Source: Laetmonice hystrix (Eukaryota). Taken from it: DNA of 64,000 bases. The first letter of the stretch is position 1, and every line of letters starts with the position of its first letter. A program made the translations under genes and the position numbers. This document shows positions 58,210 to 64,000 of the stretch, piece by piece. The notes below the pieces were generated by a model. It had not been told where the DNA came from, made no database searches, and saw nothing but the letters and a program-made list of their open reading frames with translations. Where the stretch lies: the NCBI GenBank assembly GCA_965235115.1, contig OZ249436.1:42410001-42474000 (forward strand), in the 5' to 3' direction.

Positions 58210-59457
58210 TAATTTGGTAATCGCAAAGCAGCCTAACCCCCTACCCCTTGCTGCCACAGTACTTTGGTAATAGCAAAACAGCCTAACCCCCTACCCCTTG
58301 CTGCTTCAGTACTTTGGTAATAGCAAAGCAGCCTAACCCCCTACCCCTTGCTGCCACAGTACCTTGGCAATAACAATGCAGCCTAACCCCTACCCCTTGC
58401 TGCCACAGTACCTTGGCAATAACAATGCAGCCTAACCCCCTACCCCTTGCTGCACCATTACTTTGGCAATAACAATGCAACCTAACGCCCTACCCCTTGC
58501 TGCCACAGTACCTTGGCAATAGCAATGCAGCCTAACCCCCTACCCCTTGCTGCCACAGTTACTTTGGTAATAGCAAAGCAGCCTAACCCCCTACCCCTTG
58601 CTGCCACAGTACTTTGGTAATAGCAAAGCAGCCTAACCCCCTACCCCTTGCTGCCACAGTACCTTGGCAATAACAATGCAGCCTAATCCCTACCCCCTGC
58701 TGCCACAGTACCTTGGCAATAACAATACAGCCTAAGCCCCTACCCCTTGCTGCACCATTACTTTGGCAATAACAATGCAACCTAACGCCCTACCCCTTGC
58801 TGCCACAGTACCTTGGCAATAACAATGCAGCCTAACGCCCTGCCCCTTGCTGCCACATTACTTTGGCAATAACAATGCAGCCTAACCCCCTACCCCTTGC
58901 TGCCACAGTACCTTGGCAATAACAATGCAGCCTAACCCCTACCCCTTGCTGCCACAGTACCTTGGCAATAACAATGCAGCCTAACCCCCTACCCCTTGCT
59001 GCACCATTACTTTGGCAATAACAATGCAACCTAACGCCCTACCCCTTGCTGCCACAGTACCTTGGCAATAACAATGCAGCCTAACCCCCTACCCCTTGCT
59101 GCCACAGTTACTTTGGTAATAGCAAAGCAGCCTAACCCCCTATTGCTGCCACAGTACTTTGGTAACAGCAAAGCAGCCTAACCTCCTACCCCTTGCTGCC
59201 ACAGTACCTTGGCAATAACAATGCAGCCTAACCCCCTACCCCTTGCTGCCACAGTCCTTTGGCAATAACAATGCAGCCTAACGCCCTGTCCCTTGCTGCC
59301 ACATTACTTTGGCAATAACTATGCAGCCTAACCCCCTGCCCCTTGCTGCCACAGTACCTTGGCAATAACAATACAGCCTAACGCCTTGCCCCTTGCTGCC
59401 ACAGTACTTTGGCAATAACAATGCAGCCTTAAGCCCTACCCCTTGCTACCACAGTAC
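58210..59457 (+). repeat. ~50-bp minisatellite, about 25 units
   Basis: Unit GCAGCCTAACCCCCTACCCCTTGCTGCCACAGTAC(T/C)TTGGCAATAACAAT; variant blocks recur at 300 and ~249 bp spacing. Confidence 0.95.
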
Positions 59458-59524
59458 CAATTTTAACTGAAATGACAGATGGCATGGTTTCTGATTAGAC
59501 ATTACCAAGGTAATGTGAGAGCGA

Positions 59525-59975
59525 GGGGCAGGGCGTTAGGCAGCTAAGATACTGTGGCAGCAAGGGGCATAGGGTTACACTGCATTGTTATTGCCAAAGT
59601 ACTGTGGCAGCAAGGGGCAAGGCGTTAGGCTGCATAGTTATTGCAAAAGTACTGTGGCAGCAAGCGGCAGAGGGTTACGCTGCATTGCTATTGCCAAAGT
59701 ACTGTGGTAGCAAGAGGTAGGGGGTTAGGCTGCATTGCTATTGCCAAAGTACTGTGGCAGCAAGGGGTAGGGGGTTAGGCTGCATTGTTATTGCCAAAGT
59801 ACTGTGGTAGCAAGGGGTAGGGCTTAAGGCTGCATTGTTATTGCCAAAGTACTGTGGCAGCAAGGGGCAAGGCGTTAGGCTGCATTGTTATTGCCAAAGT
59901 ACTGTGGCAGCAAGGGGCAAGGCGTTATGCTGCATTGCTATTGCCAAAGTACTGTGGCAGCAAGGGGTAGGGCGT
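59525..59975 (-). repeat. Same 50-bp minisatellite in inverted orientation, about 9 units
   Basis: ATTGTTATTGCCAAAGTACTGTGGCAGCAAGGGGTAGGGGGTTAGGCTGC is the reverse complement of the upstream unit. Confidence 0.95.
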
Positions 59976-61419
59976 ATCATAATCACATCTGTAATAGCTA
60001 AGGTCTGGCCTTGTTGCACCCCTGTAACAATCATGGCAAAATGATTTTAACTTCGCTCTGAGTTACCGTTAATTATGTCAAATAATGTAGAAATGAACTA
60101 ACCTTATCCCCTCTGGGATCCGTATGTCTTGTCTTCCTGGGTGTTTTTGTAGATACGTCTTCACAGTTTCTGAGGCGTATATGTGATAAACAACATTCTG
60201 ACCCTGCTTGTACTGGTCAAATGCCTCAGAAAAGCTATGGTCCGTCGGAACGTGTCACCCAGCTTCATTATGCCCGCGTTGCAGAAGAAAATCTTAATGA
60301 AAATCGTATCTTAAATTTACGAATTCTGTCGAAAGTGTTTCAGAACAAAAAATCGTAAATAATGTTGTCGTAATATTTATGAAAGTTTTACGATATTCGT
60401 AAATATTTAAGACGACCTCAGACCTGGGCGTAACTTATACGATACCTGTAACCGCACGGACAGGCATGACGTCGCGATATCCAAATGAACGTCCAGATCC
60501 CTTTAATATTTACACTGAGGATGGTTTTTGCTGTTAATATCGATTACCAAAGGCCATCGTTGAGGATTTGGCACAGGAATTCGGAAATTCAGAGTTTGCT
60601 ACCAAAGAGAAACGAAATGGCAAGGGTCTATCACACCGTGAGAGGGTATGTTGTAGATGATAAGAAAATCACAATTAATTATAATTATATCCGATTTTTT
60701 TACTGAGAAAATTGTGTAGCCTAGTGCAAACAGTAATCCTCTCAGCCTTCGTTGTGGTTCTGTAAAATAGATATAAATAATCATTATAATAAAAATGTAT
60801 AACTGATTGTTCTTTTGTAATATTTGGTAGCACTAATGTAAGTTTTCAGACGGGTCTCACACTCATCTGGAGTTCGCTTTGCACCAGTCGCACATACCGT
60901 CTCTGTTGATATTAAGATACCAACATTAATAGGTTGTTACATTCAATGTCACTGTCTAATAAACTTTACTGTCACAGAGACATAGAAAATATACACAGTC
61001 TATGAGCTCATAAGCTCTATATACAACTCTGTACCAAAGGGTAGTGAAACTTAAAAGTTACTTTTTCCCAGATTAGTTAAATCCTATCATAAGTGGACAT
61101 GAAGCAATGGTCAAATTTATGGGGAAAAACACCAAAAAATATAAAACCAACTTTCCACGAAATGTTTGGGCATGGGTTAGGGTTAAGGTCAAGGATAGGG
61201 ATAGGGATAGTATAGGAATATGTTTTTGGGAGGTGTAGGGACTGAGGGTAGGGGTTAGGGATAAGGTCAGGGCCATGGATCTTTACTTTCCACCAAATTT
61301 CGTGGGGTTTAAGTTATCATGGGCGATATACCCATTGTTCAGTTGACACTTCTAGCGGCCATAACATTTAAGATTTTCATTTTGTGTTTAACCATAGCAA
61401 GATGATAGATTAGTATCTA

Positions 61420-62591
61420 TGTTACGTGCCATCGGTCGATCTGACCCATCAGCCGATGGGTCAGACCCATCGGTGGATCGGCCAACGGGTGGAGGCGCGG
61501 CGCGCCAGGGTCGCGGCCCATCGGCCGATGGGCCTGACCCATCGGTGGATGGGTGCCGATGGGTCTGACCCATCGGTAAACCAGGAGACATGAAATGACA
61601 TGAAAACCTAGAGGAGACAACCCCACACCCAGCTCCTGTCCAGACTTCACACCCACCTCCTGTCCAGACCCCACACCCACCTCCTGTCCAGACCTCACAC
61701 CCACCTCCTGTCAAGGCCCCGCACCCACCTCCTGTCCAGTCCTCACACCCAGCTCCTGTCCAGACCCCACACCCACCTCATGTACAGACCCCACACCCAC
61801 CTCCTGTACAGACCTCACATCCACCTCCTGTACAGACCTCACACCCACCTCCTGTCCAGACCCCACACCCACCTCCTGTCCAGACCCCACACCCACCTCC
61901 TGTCCATACCCCACACCCACCTCCTGTCCAGACCCCACACCCACCTCCTGTCCAGACCCCATACCCACCTCCTGTCCAGACCTCACACCCACATCCTGTC
62001 CAGGCCCCACACCCACCTCCTGTCCAGGCCCCACACCCAGCTCCTGTCCAGACCCCACACCAACCTCCTGTCCAGACCTCACACCCAGCTCCTGTCCAGA
62101 CCCCACACCGACCTCCTGTCCAGACCTCACACCGACCTCCTGTCCAGACCCCACACCCACCTCCTGTCCAGACCCCATACCCACCTCCTGTCCAGACCTC
62201 ACACCCACATCCTGTCCAGGCCCCACACCCACCTCCTGTCCAGGCCCCACACCCAGCTCCTGTCCAGACCCCACACCCACCTCCTGTCCAGACCTCACAC
62301 CGACCTCCTGTCCAGGCCCCACACCCACCTCCTGTCCAGACCCCACACCCACCTCCTGTCCAGGCCTCACACCTAGCTCCTGTCCAGACCCCACACCCAC
62401 CTCCTGTCCAGACCTCACACCCACCTCCTGTCCAGACCCCACGCCTACGGCTAAACGTTTTTTTTCTTCATGATAACTACAGTATAGTCCGTTTTATGTA
62501 TTGCATCCATGTGTTCCGTTTACCAACCACCCATCCATCGATGGGTCTGACCCATCGGCCGATGGGTCAGATCGACCGATGGCGCGTAACA
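61420..62591. mobile_element. Non-autonomous TGT...ACA element (Ginger-like) with a 4-bp TSD
   Basis: TIRs TGTTACGTGCCATCGGTCGATCTGACCCATC / GATGGGTCAGATCGACCGATGGCGCGTAACA, with TCTA on both sides. Confidence 0.75.
61621..62443. repeat. 24-bp minisatellite, about 34 units, inside the Ginger-like element
   Basis: Unit CCCCACACCCACCTCCTGTCCAGA. Confidence 0.95.
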
Positions 62592-64000
62592 TCTAGATAT
62601 GATATATATTTGAATAAAAGATCTATAGAGAACTGCTATACCTAGGCCTATATACATTGCCGTCACATCTATAGTAGGCACTACCAGAATTTGCAACTTC
62701 ATAAATGAGAAACACCTCACAAATCCTTTGCGAATAGCAGAGTCTAGATACAGTGACCAGATATCTCCTCCCAGGCTTCCCTTTTCACTTCTTCTGCAGT
62801 CCCGACATGCTTGGATGCAGATCGGTCGTCTTCCTTTGCTTCTGATGATGGGTGGGGGGGACCAGGGGCGGATCCAGGGCTCCGACTGAAAATGTTTGGG
62901 AATATAAAAGGCCATAGATGCTATTTCCCGGCTTCTCTGCATCAAACCAAAGAGTTTTGGGTACCGACCTTTTGGTCAAAATTAATGTATTAATCAGTGG
63001 GGGATCCAGAGGGGCTCAGCCCCTTTAGATTATCCTTTTTTGTATGAAGATGCCTTAGTACAGCTAACATGAAATCATGCCGAGCGTAGCGAGGATAATT
63101 TCTTTTTGTAGGTGGGCCCCACCCCAATATCAAAATCCTGGACACCCCACTGATTAATGCATGTTTATTAGAAATAGAGGGGGGAAATAACCGAGAGAAG
63201 GGGGGGGGGGGTCACGACTCCCCCCCCCCTCCGATTCCCTATCTAAAGCATGCAACATGCATGCGCAGATGGACCAGTTCTCGAGTTTCAGTATTGATAA
63301 AAGGGCGGGACGGGGGGGGGGGGGTGCCTGCCACAAGCATTCAACAATTAATTAAAATTATGTGCACTACATAGGCGGCGAAAGATATTCACAGGTGGGG
63401 GGGGCAAAGACCAAATCATAGGTCCCAAGTTCCAAGATTCGAAATGCTGGTCAAGCGAGCGGGGGTCTGGGGGCCCTTCCCCCGAAAAAAATAAAAATTA
63501 AAGTGCCAAATACGCGTTTTCCTGGCATCGGGGATCAAACTCCAAGGTCTTAGAGGTAGCTAAAAATAACATTTTTTTAATTAGCAAAAATCGCACATCT
63601 ATCAGATATGGCTATAGATCTAGACCACACGATGTGGATAAGCAAAGAAAGTGCCTGACGCCTGACATCTCCTGCCACCTTGAGCTAGGGGGGCAAAAAT
63701 ATGCTTTCCCCCCTCGCCCCCTCCCCCACAAACTCACTCATTTTTAGCCCTGGTTTGGCATTTTAATTAACGAAAGAGACGGACAACGTCATGCCAACAT
63801 ATCGGATCCAGTTCAACGCGCTTATACTGCTTAGGGAATCAGACCTGCTGTCTGCTGAACCCACCAAGGGTTGGCCTGTGGGGGTGGGGGTGGGGGCGTG
63901 TCAATTGATATGATGTCCCCCGCCCTGTATAAAAAGTGGGAGGGACATGTCCCCCCCCCCCCACCTTTCGACGCCCATGGAAAATGGTAGCCGCATCATC

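Noticed and set aside
58283..60044. Repeated Cys-rich ORFs (MHCYCQ...)
   Set aside because: Translations of the 50-bp minisatellite.
61170..61270. Telomere-like GGGTTAGGGTTA tracts (also about 48120)
   Set aside because: Only 2-3 degenerate units, as commonly found inside interspersed repeats; not an interstitial telomere.
61388..62442. Long repetitive ORFs (GSGQEVGV and RPHTHLLS repeats)
   Set aside because: By-product of a stop-free 24-bp minisatellite inside a transposon; no gene context.
61621..62443. Regular repeats (here and at 58210-59975, 10445-10547) resembling a CRISPR array
   Set aside because: Units are contiguous with no unique spacers, there are no cas genes, and the DNA is eukaryotic.

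Overview
This is eukaryotic (metazoan, probably marine invertebrate) genomic DNA with GT-AG introns; nothing prokaryotic, no CRISPR array and no rRNA. I assembled four intron-containing genes by hand from splice sites and reading-frame phase. (1) +919..4744 encodes a flavin-reductase (FMN split-barrel) domain fused to an uncharacterised His-rich 'THEAHLR...YHET...YYS...PD' domain. (2) -6679..8777 encodes a single-pass membrane protein with a SRPBCC/START-like domain. (3) +10602..16100 is HIF1AN (FIH-1, 8 exons), head-to-head with gene 2 across a promoter holding tandem CTCF-like motifs and a perfect RFX X-box. (4) -25888..44858 is a CCSER1/2-like gene with SxIP, coiled-coil and TQT motifs and an unusual MGTCYSC acylation-type N-terminus. 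The rest is transposon-rich: a decayed autonomous PIF/Harbinger (transposase plus MADF gene), many MITEs (Harbinger, Kolobok, hAT-like with 5-6 bp TSDs, piggyBac-like, Ginger-like carrying a 24-bp minisatellite), a pearl/HINE-like element with 459-bp tandem cores, and an inverted pair of 50-bp minisatellite arrays. All family assignments come from motif recognition, not database searches.
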